A stretch of DNA of 64,000 nt from Halarcobacter sp. (GCA_048571215.1 CP182352.1:2816001-2880000), one strand, 5' to 3'; positions 29,753-41,321 are shown, numbered from the stretch's first letter. The notes: a model not told the origin generated them from the sequence alone. Program-made: numbers and translations.

Positions 29753-29871
29753 TGATATCCTTTTATAAAGAAATGTAGATTTTAAATTAAATTAAACTTA
29801 TTTTAAACTAACTTTAAAGTTATTTAGATACTATTCTATCCTTAAAAATTTTACAAAGAGGTTAAACAACA

Positions 29872-30132
29872 ATGGCAAATCATAAATCTGCTGAAAAAAG
29901 AGCAAGACAAACGAAAATTAGAACAGAAAGAAATAGATTTTATAAAACTAGAATTAAAAATGTAATTAAAGATGTATTATCATCAGTTGAAGCTGCTGAT
30001 AAAGATAAAGCAAGCGAAGCTATGAAAACTGCTAACAAATATATTCACCACTGTGTTTCAAAGGGAATCCTTAAAAAAGGAAATGCAGCAAGAAAAGTTA
30101 GTAGATTACAAGTTAAAATCAACGCTTTATAA
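29872..30132 (+). CDS. rpsT: 30S ribosomal protein S20
   Basis: [13 protein letters not shown]...AARKVSRL. Confidence 0.97.
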   Translation: MANHKSAEKRARQTKIRTERNRFYKTRIKNVIKDVLSSVEAADKDKASEAMKTANKYIHHCVSKGILKKGNAARKVSRLQVKINAL

Positions 30133-30184
30133 TTCATATTTTTTCTATTATATTTAATTAATAATTTTATAAATACAAACAATT

Positions 30185-31252
30185 ATGCTACAGAATAAAC
30201 TACAGCCTTTTATAGATAGATATGAAGAGATTAACAATATGTTAATCTCTCCAGATATCACATCAGATATTAAAAGAATGACTAATCTATCTAAAGAACA
30301 ATCAAGTATAGAACCTATTGTTACTAAAGCTAGAGAGTATATAAAACTTCTAAATGATATAGAAGACAATAAACTAATGCTTGAAGATAATGAGTTAGGG
30401 GAACTTGCTAAAGAGGAATTAAGAGAGTTAGAACCTTTAAAGCCTAAGCTTGAGGAAGAGATTAAATTCTTGATGATTCCAAAAGATCCAAACGATGAAA
30501 AAAATATCTATTTAGAACTTAGAGCAGGAACTGGTGGTGATGAAGCAGCAATATTTGTAGGTGATCTTTTTAGAGGTTACTTAAGATATGCAGAAAACAA
30601 TGCTTGGAAAGTTGAAATCATGAACCAAAGTGAGAGTGAATCTGGTGGATATAAAGAGATTGTAGCTTTATTTAAAGGTGACCATGTATATTCAAAATTA
30701 AAATTTGAAGGTGGTACCCACAGAGTTCAAAGAGTTCCAGCAACAGAATCTCAAGGAAGAGTTCATACTTCTGCAATTACAGTAGCTGTTATGCCAGAGG
30801 TTGATGATGTAGAGATTGAAATCAATCCAAACGATTTAAAGATTGATGTTATGAGATCAAGTGGTTGTGGTGGACAATCAGTAAATACTACAGACTCAGC
30901 AGTTAGAATTACCCACCTGCCAAGTGGATTAGTTGTAACAAACCAAGACCAAAAATCACAACATAAAAATAAAGAAAAAGCTATGAAAGTCTTAAAAGCT
31001 AGACTTTATGATTTGCAAATGCAAGAACAAATGCAAAGTGAAGGTGCTAATAGAAAAGAGCAAGTTGGTACTGGAGATAGAAGTGGTAGAATTAGAACAT
31101 ATAACTACCCACAAAACAGAGTAACAGACCATAGAATTAACCTAACCTTATACAGACTTGAAAACATAATGAATGATGGGTACTTTGACGAAATTATTGA
31201 CCCACTTATAACAGACTATCAAACAAAACTTATGGAAGTAAACGGACTTTAA
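30185..31252 (+). CDS. prfA: Peptide chain release factor 1
   Basis: [10 protein letters not shown] (PAT), [11 protein letters not shown]. Confidence 0.97.
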   Translation: MLQNKLQPFIDRYEEINNMLISPDITSDIKRMTNLSKEQSSIEPIVTKAREYIKLLNDIEDNKLMLEDNELGELAKEELRELEPLKPKLEEEIKFLMIPKDPNDEKNIYLELRAGTGGDEAAIFVGDLFRGYLRYAENNAWKVEIMNQSESESGGYKEIVALFKGDHVYSKLKFEGGTHRVQRVPATESQGRVHTSAITVAVMPEVDDVEIEINPNDLKIDVMRSSGCGGQSVNTTDSAVRITHLPSGLVVTNQDQKSQHKNKEKAMKVLKARLYDLQMQEQMQSEGANRKEQVGTGDRSGRIRTYNYPQNRVTDHRINLTLYRLENIMNDGYFDEIIDPLITDYQTKLMEVNGL

Positions 31253-31314
31253 TCTTTTAAAGTTTGTTTGCTTTTTTTAAACACACACTAAACCTTTTCC
31301 CCTAAACTTTACCC

Positions 31315-31343
31315 TTAACATATAAGTAACCAAAATGTAATCA
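31315..31343 (+). promoter_or_regulatory. Pho-box-like direct repeats upstream of pstS
   Basis: TTAACA/GTAACC/GTAATC at 11-bp spacing (31315, 31326, 31337); same pattern before pstC. Confidence 0.6.
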
Positions 31344-31387
31344 ATACTTTATATACTTTCATATCAAAAATAGATAAAGGTGAACAT

Positions 31388-32446
31388 ATGACAATCAAAA
31401 AAACAACAATTGCATTACTAGCAAGTGCAGCTCTTACTGTATCTTTAAGTGCAAGAGATCAAATCAAAATCGTTGGATCTTCAACGGTATATCCATTCTC
31501 TTCATCAGTTGCTGAAGAACTTGGTGCTACAACTAAATACCCAACTCCAGTAGTTGAATCAACTGGTTCAGGTGGTGGTATGAAACTATTTTGTGCTGGA
31601 AATGATTTAAATACTCCAGATATCACAAATGCTTCAAGAAGAATGAAAACTAAAGAGTTTACATTGTGTGAAAAAAATGGTGTAACTGATATCACAGAAG
31701 CAGTAGTTGGTTATGATGGTATTGCATTTGCACAATCAAAAGTTAACCCAGCGTTTAATATTTCAAGAGAAAACTTAGCTTTAGCAGTTGCAGCTGAAGT
31801 TCCTTCAAAAGATGGTAAATCATTAATAGCAAACCCATATAAAAAATGGTCTGAAATTGATGCTTCATTACCAGATAGAGAAATCATCGTTTATGGTCCT
31901 CCAAAATCTTCTGGAACAAGAGATGCATTTGAAGAATTAGTAATGCAACACACTTTCAAAAAAATGCCTGTATATACTGACCTTTATAAAGCAGACAAAA
32001 AAGCTAACAAAAAATATAAAAAATATTCAATCATTAGAACTGACGGTGTTTATGTTCCATCAGGGGAAAATGACAACATTATTGTTCAAAAATTAAATAA
32101 AAATACTGATGCATTTGGTATTTTTGGTTTCTCTTTCTTAGTTGAAAATGATGATAAATTACAAGGTGCTACAATCAATGGTGTTAAACCAACTCCTGAA
32201 AATATCTCTTCAGCTAAATACCCAGTATCTAGATCATTATATTTCTATGTTAAAAACTCTCACAAAAAAGATGTTCCTGCTATGAACAAATATATTGAGA
32301 TGTTTATGTCTGAGAATATGATTGGTACAGAAGGTATCCTTTCAGAAATCGGTCTTATTCCATTACCAGATGCTCAAAGAACTGCTATTAGAAAATCTGT
32401 AATGAGTGCTAAAAAAATCACAATGGATGATTTAAAACACAAATAA
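31388..32446 (+). CDS. pstS: Phosphate ABC transporter substrate-binding protein
   Basis: IVGSSTVYP, ESTGSGGG, SGTRDAF, YPVSRSLYFY. Confidence 0.95.
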   Translation: MTIKKTTIALLASAALTVSLSARDQIKIVGSSTVYPFSSSVAEELGATTKYPTPVVESTGSGGGMKLFCAGNDLNTPDITNASRRMKTKEFTLCEKNGVTDITEAVVGYDGIAFAQSKVNPAFNISRENLALAVAAEVPSKDGKSLIANPYKKWSEIDASLPDREIIVYGPPKSSGTRDAFEELVMQHTFKKMPVYTDLYKADKKANKKYKKYSIIRTDGVYVPSGENDNIIVQKLNKNTDAFGIFGFSFLVENDDKLQGATINGVKPTPENISSAKYPVSRSLYFYVKNSHKKDVPAMNKYIEMFMSENMIGTEGILSEIGLIPLPDAQRTAIRKSVMSAKKITMDDLKHK

Positions 32447-32452
32447 ATCTAT

Positions 32453-32479
32453 AAAAAAGAGGTTAATCCCTCTTTTTTT
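32453..32479 (+). terminator. Intrinsic terminator after pstS
   Basis: AAAAAAGAGG-ttaatc-CCTCTTTTTT. Confidence 0.75.
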
Positions 32480-32567
32480 AGTAGATTTATCTATAGCTTT
32501 TTATCTGTCAGAGCGAACATGAGAGGTAAAAAGCTATAGACAAATCTATCTACAAGAGGACTGCCAA

Positions 32568-34292
32568 ATGTCAACAAAACTTGAGGTTGACAAAATCGAC
32601 TTTGCATTCCAACCCATAGTAAATATCTATACAGGTAAAACACTTGGAGTTGAAGCACTTTTAAGAAATAGTGAAGAGCTTGGTTTCAATACTATATTAT
32701 CATTATTTGACTCATACTTTAAACAAAAAAAACTCTTAGATATTGATTTAAAATATATAGAAAAAGTTATAAAAAAATTTAAAAAGATAGATTCTATAGA
32801 TAATCTAAAACTATTTTACAATCTAGATAATAGAGTTATAAATGATAAAAACTTCGATATTGAAAGATATGATGCCCTACTAAAAGAGTTAAATATAAAA
32901 CACTCCACAATATATCTTGAGGTTACAAAACAAAACAATATGGAAGATGAGAGTCTTACAAAAGTTTTAATACCAACTTTTAGTGAAAATAACTACTATT
33001 TGACAATTGATAACTTTGGTAGCCAAACTACAGACTTAAGCCTTCTTTATATAGCCCAAACAGATTATGTAAAAATTGATAGATATTTTATACATGATAT
33101 TAGAACCAATGCAAAAAAAAGAATTTTTTGTTCATCTGTTGTTGATTTAGCCCATACTATGAATAAAAAAGTGATTGCTTTAGGTATAGAAACAACTGAA
33201 GAGTATTATATTTGTAAAGAGTTAAGATTTGATTTTATTCAAGGTTATTTAGTATCTAAACCAACTTTAGATGTTGAAAATATAAAAAAAAGATATCCCC
33301 ATATAAAAGATTTAGCAAAATCTGACAAAAGGGGTTTATACGATAATTTAATTGATAAGAGTTATATAGATAAAGTTGAACCTTTAAATGAAAATACAAC
33401 TCTACATGATTTATTTATCTACTTTAAAAAAAATAGATACAACACTTTTGTTCCCATTGTTGATGATAATAAAAAGATCTTAGGTGCTATATATGAAGTA
33501 GATATTAAAGGTATTTCATATTCACAATATGGCTTATCTTTAGCACAAAACAGCTCTTATAGATCTAAGCTAAAAAGCTTTATAGAACCTGTAATTCAAA
33601 TCGATATTACCTGGGGGATAGATAAAGCTTTGGAACTATTTAGTATGCAAAGTGATTCAAAAGGTTTATTTGTAACTAAAAATGATAAATATTATGGCTT
33701 TATTAATCTTAACAATCTTCTTTCACTTTCATACAAAAGAAACTTAGAGATTGCAGAAAATAAAAACCCCCTTACTAAACTTCCAGGTAACAATCAAATA
33801 GAAAAATATATAGATAATATATTTGAAAGTCAAATTGAAGCCCAAGTAGTATATTTTGATTTTAATGATTTCAAACCCTTTAATGACAAATATGGATTTA
33901 GACAAGGGGATAGAGCTATTTTAATGTTTTCTGAAATATTACAAAAAATCATCTCAAAAGATGGATTTATAGCCCATGTTGGAGGAGATGATTTTGTATC
34001 AATTTTTATAAAAAAAGATTATATTGAAACCTATAATTTAGTTAAAGCAATACAAGATGAATTTAAAAACTCTGCAGTAAGTCTTTACAATGATGAGGAT
34101 ATAAAAAATAACTATATGGTTGCAAAAGATAGATTTGGAATAAGTAGACAATTTAAACTTTTATCTGTTAGTTGTGCCATCATACACTTAATACCTTCTA
34201 GTACCCTAAACGGATTCAACTCTAAATTAGGTGAGATAAAAAAGGGTTCTAAACAAATACCCTTTCCACTAGGTGCAACAATAATATTGTAA
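32568..34292 (+). CDS. EAL-CBS-GGDEF c-di-GMP signalling protein
   Basis: FQPI/VEALLR EAL domain, CBS-like centre, NPLTKLPGN, DFNDFKPFNDKYG, GGDDF. Confidence 0.9.
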   Translation: MSTKLEVDKIDFAFQPIVNIYTGKTLGVEALLRNSEELGFNTILSLFDSYFKQKKLLDIDLKYIEKVIKKFKKIDSIDNLKLFYNLDNRVINDKNFDIERYDALLKELNIKHSTIYLEVTKQNNMEDESLTKVLIPTFSENNYYLTIDNFGSQTTDLSLLYIAQTDYVKIDRYFIHDIRTNAKKRIFCSSVVDLAHTMNKKVIALGIETTEEYYICKELRFDFIQGYLVSKPTLDVENIKKRYPHIKDLAKSDKRGLYDNLIDKSYIDKVEPLNENTTLHDLFIYFKKNRYNTFVPIVDDNKKILGAIYEVDIKGISYSQYGLSLAQNSSYRSKLKSFIEPVIQIDITWGIDKALELFSMQSDSKGLFVTKNDKYYGFINLNNLLSLSYKRNLEIAENKNPLTKLPGNNQIEKYIDNIFESQIEAQVVYFDFNDFKPFNDKYGFRQGDRAILMFSEILQKIISKDGFIAHVGGDDFVSIFIKKDYIETYNLVKAIQDEFKNSAVSLYNDEDIKNNYMVAKDRFGISRQFKLLSVSCAIIHLIPSSTLNGFNSKLGEIKKGSKQIPFPLGATIIL

Positions 34293-34306
34293 CTAAGTTG
34301 TAACCA
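34289..34306 (+). promoter_or_regulatory. Pho-box-like direct repeat upstream of pstC
   Basis: GTAACT-aagtt-GTAACC, 11-bp spacing. Confidence 0.55.
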
Positions 34307-34348
34307 TATTAAACTAGAATTTCATAAAATTTAGTTAGGGGTATTATT

Positions 34349-35278
34349 TTGCATTCATTTGAACCTAAAAACAAAAGTGTAGTTTTTAAAGAAAAACTGA
34401 TAAAACTAATGTTAATTACCGCTTCAACTATCTCAATTCTGACCACCTTTGGTATATTATTCTCAATTTTATTCGAAGCAATTGCCTTTTTTGAATTAAG
34501 AAGTTTTTGGTACTTCTTAACAGGTACTGAATGGTCTCCAGGAGTTATTGGTAGTAAATTTGGAGCAGTTCCTATTTTTGCAGGAACATTTATGATTACT
34601 TTAATCGCCATGATTGTTGCAGTTCCTGTTGGTTTAGGAAGTGCTATATATATGAGTGAGTATGCAGGTCATAAAACTAGAGATTATTTAAAACCTATTT
34701 TAGAAATACTTGCTGGTATTCCAACAGTTGTTTATGGTTTCTTTGCAGCTATTACAGTTGCTCCTGCTATAGTAAAAGGTGCAGCTTTTTTTGGTTTAGA
34801 AGCAACCTTTAACTCTGCCCTTGCTTCTGGTGTTGTTATGGGTATTATGATTATTCCCGTGATATCTTCACTTAGTGATGATGTAATTAGAGCAGTACCA
34901 GATTCTCAAAGAAAAGCTTCTTTAGGACTTGGATTAACACAAGGTGAAACTATTAAGAATATTGTTATCCCATCTGCTATGCCTGGTATAATATCAGCTG
35001 TATTGTTAGGTTTTTCAAAAGCAGTTGGTGAAACTATGATTGTTGTTATGGCAGCAGGTTTACGACCAAATTTATCTATTAATCCACTAGAAGATATGAC
35101 AACTGTTACAGTTAGAATAGTTGATGCCTTAGTTGGTGACCAAGCATTTAATTCTCCTGATACATTGGTTGCATTTGCCTTGGGACTTGCCCTATTTGTA
35201 GTAACATTGATTCTTAACATTATCTCATTGATGATGATTAGAAAATTTAAAGAAAAATACAAAGTGAATACATTATGA
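34349..35278 (+). CDS. pstC: Phosphate ABC transporter permease
   Basis: EILAGIPTVVYG, KAVGETMIV. Confidence 0.95.
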   Translation: MHSFEPKNKSVVFKEKLIKLMLITASTISILTTFGILFSILFEAIAFFELRSFWYFLTGTEWSPGVIGSKFGAVPIFAGTFMITLIAMIVAVPVGLGSAIYMSEYAGHKTRDYLKPILEILAGIPTVVYGFFAAITVAPAIVKGAAFFGLEATFNSALASGVVMGIMIIPVISSLSDDVIRAVPDSQRKASLGLGLTQGETIKNIVIPSAMPGIISAVLLGFSKAVGETMIVVMAAGLRPNLSINPLEDMTTVTVRIVDALVGDQAFNSPDTLVAFALGLALFVVTLILNIISLMMIRKFKEKYKVNTL

Positions 35279-36462
35279 TTAGTAAAAAAAATAAAAAACT
35301 AGAAAACAATCCATTTTATGATCCAAGTTTAAACAGCAGACATAGAAGTTCAAAAAGATTTAAAAAGTTTACTTTAGCTTCACTAATCTTTTCAATTGCA
35401 TTCTTAGCCTTCTTTTTATTTGATATTACATCAAAAGGAACACCTGCATTTAAGCAAGCGTATTTATATATTCCAGTTTCTTATAATGAAAAAAGTATAA
35501 AAATCACAAGAACTGCAATTGAAAGAAAATACAGAAGAATTGTATCAAGAGCATGGTTAAGAGAGATTCCAAACGATGTAAAAAATGATCCATCACTAAT
35601 GGGAAAAACAGTTTTTAAATGGGTATTAGCAGATGATCAAGTTGACCAATACTTAAAAGGTCATTATTATAAACTAAAAAGAAAAGATAGAGCATTAGTT
35701 GATGATATGAAAGCTCATAAGGAGGTTGAACTAAAATTTAATACAATATTTTTTACAAATGGAGATTCAAAAATTCCAGAGTTTGCAGGTTTAAATTCAG
35801 CAATAACAGGTTCAATATTTACACTTATAATAACTATGCTTTTTGCTTTTCCTATTGGGGTTATGACAGCAATTTATCTTGAAGAGTTTGCAGATGATAA
35901 TAAGTTTACTCAAACAATCGAAGTAAATATTAATAACCTTGCTGCTATACCATCTATTTTATTTGGTCTTTTAGGTTTAGCAATATTTATTAACCTATTT
36001 GGTTTACCTAGGTCTTCCCCTCTTGTTGGTGGTTTAACCCTTGCCCTTATGACCTTGCCAATTATTATAGTAAGTTCAAGAGCAGCCTTAAGAGCAGTTC
36101 CAGATTCAATTAGACAAGCTGGATATGGTTTAGGACTTACAAAAATAGAAGTTACAAGAGACCATGTATTACCTTTAGCCTTTCCAGGTATCTTAACTGG
36201 TTCTATTATTGGTTTAGCACAAGCTATGGGTGAAACTGCACCATTAATTATTATTGGTATGATTGCATTTATTCCAGATGCACCAAATTCAGTTTTCCAA
36301 GCAGCAACAGTTATGCCTGCACAATTATTTACTTGGGCTGGAATGCCAGAAAGAATGTATATAGAAAAAACAGCAGCTGGTATTATGGTGTTATTATCAA
36401 TCTTAATTTCACTAAATGCATTAGCGATTTATCTTAGAAAAAAATATGAAGTAAAATGGTAA
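35275..36462 (+). CDS. pstA: Phosphate ABC transporter permease
   Basis: NLAAIPSILFG, AMGETAPL. Confidence 0.95.
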   Translation: MISKKNKKLENNPFYDPSLNSRHRSSKRFKKFTLASLIFSIAFLAFFLFDITSKGTPAFKQAYLYIPVSYNEKSIKITRTAIERKYRRIVSRAWLREIPNDVKNDPSLMGKTVFKWVLADDQVDQYLKGHYYKLKRKDRALVDDMKAHKEVELKFNTIFFTNGDSKIPEFAGLNSAITGSIFTLIITMLFAFPIGVMTAIYLEEFADDNKFTQTIEVNINNLAAIPSILFGLLGLAIFINLFGLPRSSPLVGGLTLALMTLPIIIVSSRAALRAVPDSIRQAGYGLGLTKIEVTRDHVLPLAFPGILTGSIIGLAQAMGETAPLIIIGMIAFIPDAPNSVFQAATVMPAQLFTWAGMPERMYIEKTAAGIMVLLSILISLNALAIYLRKKYEVKW

Positions 36463-36473
36463 AAGGAAAATAG

Positions 36474-37244
36474 ATGTCAAATAAAAATAATATAAAAGTA
36501 GATGTTAGTGAACTAAATTTATGGTATGGAGATAACCATGCCTTACACAATATCACTGTTCCACTATATGAAAATAAAATCACAGCCCTTATTGGACCAT
36601 CAGGATGTGGAAAATCTACATTTTTAAGATGTTTAAATAGAATGAATGATTTAATCTCAATTGTAAAAATTGACGGTGAAGTTGTAATTGATAAAAAAAA
36701 TATTTATGACAAAGATGTAGATGAAGTAAGTGTTAGAAAAAAGATTGGAATGGTTTTTCAACAACCTAATCCTTTTCCAAAATCAATCTATGATAATGTA
36801 TCTTATGCCCCACTAAAACATGGGCAAGTAAAAAAAGGAAAAGCTTGTGATGAATTGGTTGAAAAATCTTTAATAGATGCTGGTCTTTGGGATGAAGTTA
36901 AAGATAAATTAACTGATCCTGGAACTTCATTATCAGGTGGTCAACAACAAAGACTTTGTATAGCAAGAACAATTGCAGTTAAACCTGAGGTTATCTTAAT
37001 GGATGAGCCAACTTCTGCCCTTGACCCTATTTCAACTGAAAAAATTGAAGCCCTTATGTTAGAGTTAAAAAAGAAATATACTATTATAACAGTTACTCAT
37101 AATATGCAACAAGCAGCAAGAGTTGCAGATTATACAGCATTTTTCCATTTAGGAAAACTTATTGAATATGATGAAACAGAAGTTATTTTTGTTAACCCAT
37201 CAAATAAGAAAACAGAAGACTATATTACAGGAAGGTTCGGATAA
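36474..37244 (+). CDS. pstB: Phosphate ABC transporter ATP-binding protein
   Basis: [35 protein letters not shown]. Confidence 0.97.
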   Translation: MSNKNNIKVDVSELNLWYGDNHALHNITVPLYENKITALIGPSGCGKSTFLRCLNRMNDLISIVKIDGEVVIDKKNIYDKDVDEVSVRKKIGMVFQQPNPFPKSIYDNVSYAPLKHGQVKKGKACDELVEKSLIDAGLWDEVKDKLTDPGTSLSGGQQQRLCIARTIAVKPEVILMDEPTSALDPISTEKIEALMLELKKKYTIITVTHNMQQAARVADYTAFFHLGKLIEYDETEVIFVNPSNKKTEDYITGRFG

Positions 37245-37912
37245 TGTTAAAACCATATGAAGAGAATATCAACAAAATAAAAGAGGATGTGTTTGAAATA
37301 GGTCAAGACCTGATTCAAGCAAATAAGATTGCCCTATCAGCTCTAAAAGAGAATGATTTAAACATGATGAAAGATATCTCTATATCTATCTCAAAATTAT
37401 CTGCTAAATCGAATGAGATTGATAATATCATAGTTAAAACACTTGCTTTATATTCTCCTGAAGCTAGAGATTTAAGAGCTATGGTATCTTATTTAAAAAT
37501 TACAAATGAGTTAGTAAGAGCTGGAGCAAATGTTAAAACATTTGTAAAACAATTTAAAAAATCTTTCTCTGATGATTTAAATAAAAAAACCATTTTAGAA
37601 TACGCTATTCCTTTACTAAAATCTTCAAATCTAGCCTTACAAATAGCAATAGATATGGTTAAAGAACCAAATGACGAACTTTTAGAAGAGCTTTATCATA
37701 AGGTATCTGTAGAAGAGAGCAAGACAGATGATTTATATGCAATGGTTGAAAAAAATATTTTAAAACTTATTACAAAAAACCAATCTCTTTCTAGGGACTA
37801 TTTTGATGTTTTAAGTAGTTTAAGAAGACTAGAAAAAACTGCTGATAGAGCAGCTTCAATTGCAAACCTACTACTTTTTGCTGAAGTTGGTGGGGAGATA
37901 GAACAATCATAA
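37244..37912 (+). CDS. phoU: Phosphate signalling protein PhoU
   Basis: PEARDLR, RLEKTADRA; follows pstB. Confidence 0.85.
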   Translation: MLKPYEENINKIKEDVFEIGQDLIQANKIALSALKENDLNMMKDISISISKLSAKSNEIDNIIVKTLALYSPEARDLRAMVSYLKITNELVRAGANVKTFVKQFKKSFSDDLNKKTILEYAIPLLKSSNLALQIAIDMVKEPNDELLEELYHKVSVEESKTDDLYAMVEKNILKLITKNQSLSRDYFDVLSSLRRLEKTADRAASIANLLLFAEVGGEIEQS

Positions 37913-37931
37913 TTATGCTATAATAATTTTT

Positions 37932-38393
37932 ATGAAAAGAGCACTTGTTAACATAAAAAAATATTTCAGTACAAATTACGAAGTTTTAGCCGCAGCTGTT
38001 ATCTTCGTAATTGTTTTAAGTTCTGGATACGAATTCCCTCAAGTAATAATTTTGATGTTAGAATTTATTGTTGTGATGGAAGTTGTTAAGATGATTTCTG
38101 ACTTTATCAAAAAAGAAAAGTTAAGACTTCGTTTTGTAATAGATATCTTTATAATTTTTTTAATTAGAGATGTAATAATAAACGCATCCCATACAAATAA
38201 AGACTATTTTACTATATTGTTTTTACTTTTTGTAATTTTTATATTCTTTATTTTTAGAATTTTAGCCATAAAATTCTCACCTGGGGTAATTAAAATCTCT
38301 AAAGATACAGTAATTGAATATGAAGATGAAAGAAGTGAAAAAAAAGTTACTGAAAATAAAAATGAAATAGAAAAGAAGTTACATAATGAATGA
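37932..38393 (+). CDS. PsiE-like phosphate-starvation membrane protein
   Basis: Hydrophobic, LEFIVVMEV...IDIFIIFLIRDVI pattern, pho context. Confidence 0.7.
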   Translation: MKRALVNIKKYFSTNYEVLAAAVIFVIVLSSGYEFPQVIILMLEFIVVMEVVKMISDFIKKEKLRLRFVIDIFIIFLIRDVIINASHTNKDYFTILFLLFVIFIFFIFRILAIKFSPGVIKISKDTVIEYEDERSEKKVTENKNEIEKKLHNE

Positions 38394-39060
38394 GAAGCTA
38401 ATATTAATTGTTGAAGATGAAGAGGATATTTTAGAACTATTAGAATATACCCTACAAAAAAATGGTTATGAAACAATTGGTTTTTTAAGTGTCAATGATA
38501 AATTAAAAAAAATTTTTGATGAAGAGAAAATTGATTTAATTTTAATGGATAGAAATCTACCTGGGTTAGATGGTACTTCTTTTATAAATGATATTAAAGA
38601 GCAAGGTTATAATATACCTGTAATATATTTAACAGCTAAAGATAAAGATGAGGATATTTTAGAAGGTTTTAACTCATATGCTGATGATTATATAACCAAA
38701 CCATTCAATATTAAAGAGTTATTAGCAAGAGTTAATGCCGTTATAAAAAGAACTAGCAAAGAAGTTGATGTTTTAAAAGTGCGCGATATTACATACAAAT
38801 CTATAAATAAAAAGTTTTTTATAGGTTCAGAAAATATTGATTTAACACACCTTGAACACGATTTACTTTTAGAATTTATGAAAAACAAAGATATCCTTAT
38901 GACAAGAGAACACCTTTTAGAAGCTGTTTGGGAAGATTCTTATGATAAAAAATTAAAAACAGTTAATGTCGCAATAAAAAGATTAAAAGCAAAAATTGAC
39001 CCAAATAATAAAAAAGACTATATAAAATCAGTAAGGGGTGAAGGTTATCTATTTTGTTAA
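38386..39060 (+). CDS. PhoB/PhosR-like response regulator
   Basis: VEDEED, DRNLP, DDYITKPF, VRGEGY; pho context. Confidence 0.88.
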   Translation: MNEKLILIVEDEEDILELLEYTLQKNGYETIGFLSVNDKLKKIFDEEKIDLILMDRNLPGLDGTSFINDIKEQGYNIPVIYLTAKDKDEDILEGFNSYADDYITKPFNIKELLARVNAVIKRTSKEVDVLKVRDITYKSINKKFFIGSENIDLTHLEHDLLLEFMKNKDILMTREHLLEAVWEDSYDKKLKTVNVAIKRLKAKIDPNNKKDYIKSVRGEGYLFC

Positions 39061-40430
39061 AGATTCACCAACTTTTTTTAAGAACTTTCTCACTTATATT
39101 TTTTATAATTTTAATTGCACTAAGTGCTACAACATATTTTTGGTCTAAAAATATATATCTTGACCAAATAGAAAAAAATCTATCTCAAAATATCGATTCT
39201 CTATCTATCTCACTCACCTCCTTTGATAATTTAGCATATATTATAAAAACATTCAAAGCTAAAACAGGACTTAGAATAACTATTATTGATGAAGATGGTA
39301 CAGTAATAGCTGATAGTGATAAAGATGTAAAACTTATGGAAAACCATTTAAATAGATATGAGATTGTGCATGCAAAGTATGAAGGTTATGGGAAAAGTGT
39401 AAGATACTCTAAAACACTCAAAGAAGAGTTACTTTATGTGGCAAAAAAAATAGTTGTTGATGATCATATTTATTTCTTAAGACTAGCAGACTATACAGCA
39501 AAAATCAAAGAAAATTTTACAAAGCTTATTTACCAAATCTTCATTTTTATTGCAGTGTTTTTGATTGGTGCCTTAATTATTGCCTATTATTTAAGTATAA
39601 AAATCAAATACGAGACAAACGCTATCTTAGAATATTTAGTTAAGCTAAGTGATAAAAGACCAGATTATGAGATATATTCAGACTTCTCTGATGAATTCAA
39701 TAAAATCACAAGATTGTTAAATAAAGTTGCTTTGAAACTATCAAAAAGGGATAAACAAAAATCAAAACAAACAGCAAAACTAAAAATTGCCAATAAACAA
39801 AAAGATGAGATTATTTCTGCCATTTCCCATGAATTTAAAAATCCTATTGCTGTTATTTTAGGATATAGTGAAACAATTTTAAATGATAAAGATTTACCAA
39901 ATAGTATGAAAACCAAGTTTTTAATGAAAATATTTTCAAATGGTAATAAAATGTCACAGATTATTGATAAGTTAAGACTGACTTTAAAACTTGAAGAGGG
40001 GAAACAACAAATCATGACCCAGGAGTGTTGCTTAAAAACACTTTGTGAGCATGTTATCTCTGATTTAAAGGATAAATATACAGATAGAGAGATAATACTA
40101 AAAGGGGAAGATAAAAAGATATCAGTGGATGAAACTCTTTTTTCTATGGCTCTTACAAACCTAATTGAAAATGGTTTGAAATACTCAGACAACGAAATTA
40201 TAGTTGAACTTCATAAGGATTCAATCTCTATTTTAGACAAGGGAATTGGTATTGCACCAAAAGATTTAAAAAAAATAAATAAAAAGTTTTATAGGGTATC
40301 AAGAAACGGTTGGAATAACTCACTTGGACTTGGACTTTTTATTGTACATTCTATTTTAAAACTGCATGGATTTGAGCTTGAAATTAAAAGTGAAATCAAG
40401 ATTGGTTCTGAATTTATTATAAAATATTAA
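39054..40430 (+). CDS. PhoR/PhosS-like sensor histidine kinase
   Basis: MENHLNRYEI periplasmic motif, SHEFKNP, NLIENGLKY, GLGL. Confidence 0.88.
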   Translation: MLKIHQLFLRTFSLIFFIILIALSATTYFWSKNIYLDQIEKNLSQNIDSLSISLTSFDNLAYIIKTFKAKTGLRITIIDEDGTVIADSDKDVKLMENHLNRYEIVHAKYEGYGKSVRYSKTLKEELLYVAKKIVVDDHIYFLRLADYTAKIKENFTKLIYQIFIFIAVFLIGALIIAYYLSIKIKYETNAILEYLVKLSDKRPDYEIYSDFSDEFNKITRLLNKVALKLSKRDKQKSKQTAKLKIANKQKDEIISAISHEFKNPIAVILGYSETILNDKDLPNSMKTKFLMKIFSNGNKMSQIIDKLRLTLKLEEGKQQIMTQECCLKTLCEHVISDLKDKYTDREIILKGEDKKISVDETLFSMALTNLIENGLKYSDNEIIVELHKDSISILDKGIGIAPKDLKKINKKFYRVSRNGWNNSLGLGLFIVHSILKLHGFELEIKSEIKIGSEFIIKY

Positions 40431-40506
40431 ATTCTACTTAATTTAAGTATTTTTTAAGTATTACTACACTATTATTCCACCTCATTAATTAAATCGGAGA
40501 AAATAA

Positions 40507-40926
40507 ATGAAATTTACTCAAATGGCAAAAGCTAACGAAATCGAAAGAGATTGGATAGTAGTAGATGCAACAGATAAAGTATTTGGTAGAATTATTACTG
40601 AAGTTGCAACACTATTAAGAGGTAAACATAAGCCTTCTTATACTCCTCATGTAGACTGTGGAGACAATGTAATTATCATCAATGCATCTAAAGCTAGATT
40701 CACTGGTGCAAAATTAGAAGATAAAAACTATTTTACACACTCAGGATATTTTGGTAGTACAAAAACTCATAAAATGTCTGACATGTTAGAAAAGAACCCT
40801 GAAAAGCTTTATAAATTGGCAACAAGAGGTATGCTTCCAAAAACTAAACTTGGAAAAGTAATGTTAAAAAAATTAAAAGTATACGCAGGTAGCGAGCACC
40901 CACACACTGCGCAAATTAAAGGATAA
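40507..40926 (+). CDS. rplM: 50S ribosomal protein L13
   Basis: [23 protein letters not shown]. Confidence 0.98.
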   Translation: MKFTQMAKANEIERDWIVVDATDKVFGRIITEVATLLRGKHKPSYTPHVDCGDNVIIINASKARFTGAKLEDKNYFTHSGYFGSTKTHKMSDMLEKNPEKLYKLATRGMLPKTKLGKVMLKKLKVYAGSEHPHTAQIKG

Positions 40927-40931
40927 GACTA

Positions 40932-41321
40932 ATGGCAAAAATATATGCAACAGGAAGAAGAAAAACTTCTATCGCAAAAGTATGGTTAGAAAATGGTAAT
41001 GGACAACTAACAATCAACGGTCAAACTTTAGATGCATGGTTAGGTGGTCACGAAGCTATTAAAAAAAGAGTTATGCAACCTTTAGAAGTATCTAAACAAG
41101 AAACTTCTGTAAATATTGTTATTAAAACTTTAGGTGGTGGTTACTCTGCACAAGCTGATGCAGCTAGACATGGTATTTCTAGAGCATTAGTAGCTTTTGA
41201 TGAACAATTCAGAACTATCTTAAAACCTTATGGTTTATTAACAAGAGATGCAAGATCTGTTGAGAGAAAAAAATACGGAAGAAAAAAAGCAAGAAAGTCT
41301 ACTCAATTTTCAAAACGTTAA
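40932..41321 (+). CDS. rpsI: 30S ribosomal protein S9
   Basis: [16 protein letters not shown]. Confidence 0.98.
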   Translation: MAKIYATGRRKTSIAKVWLENGNGQLTINGQTLDAWLGGHEAIKKRVMQPLEVSKQETSVNIVIKTLGGGYSAQADAARHGISRALVAFDEQFRTILKPYGLLTRDARSVERKKYGRKKARKSTQFSKR

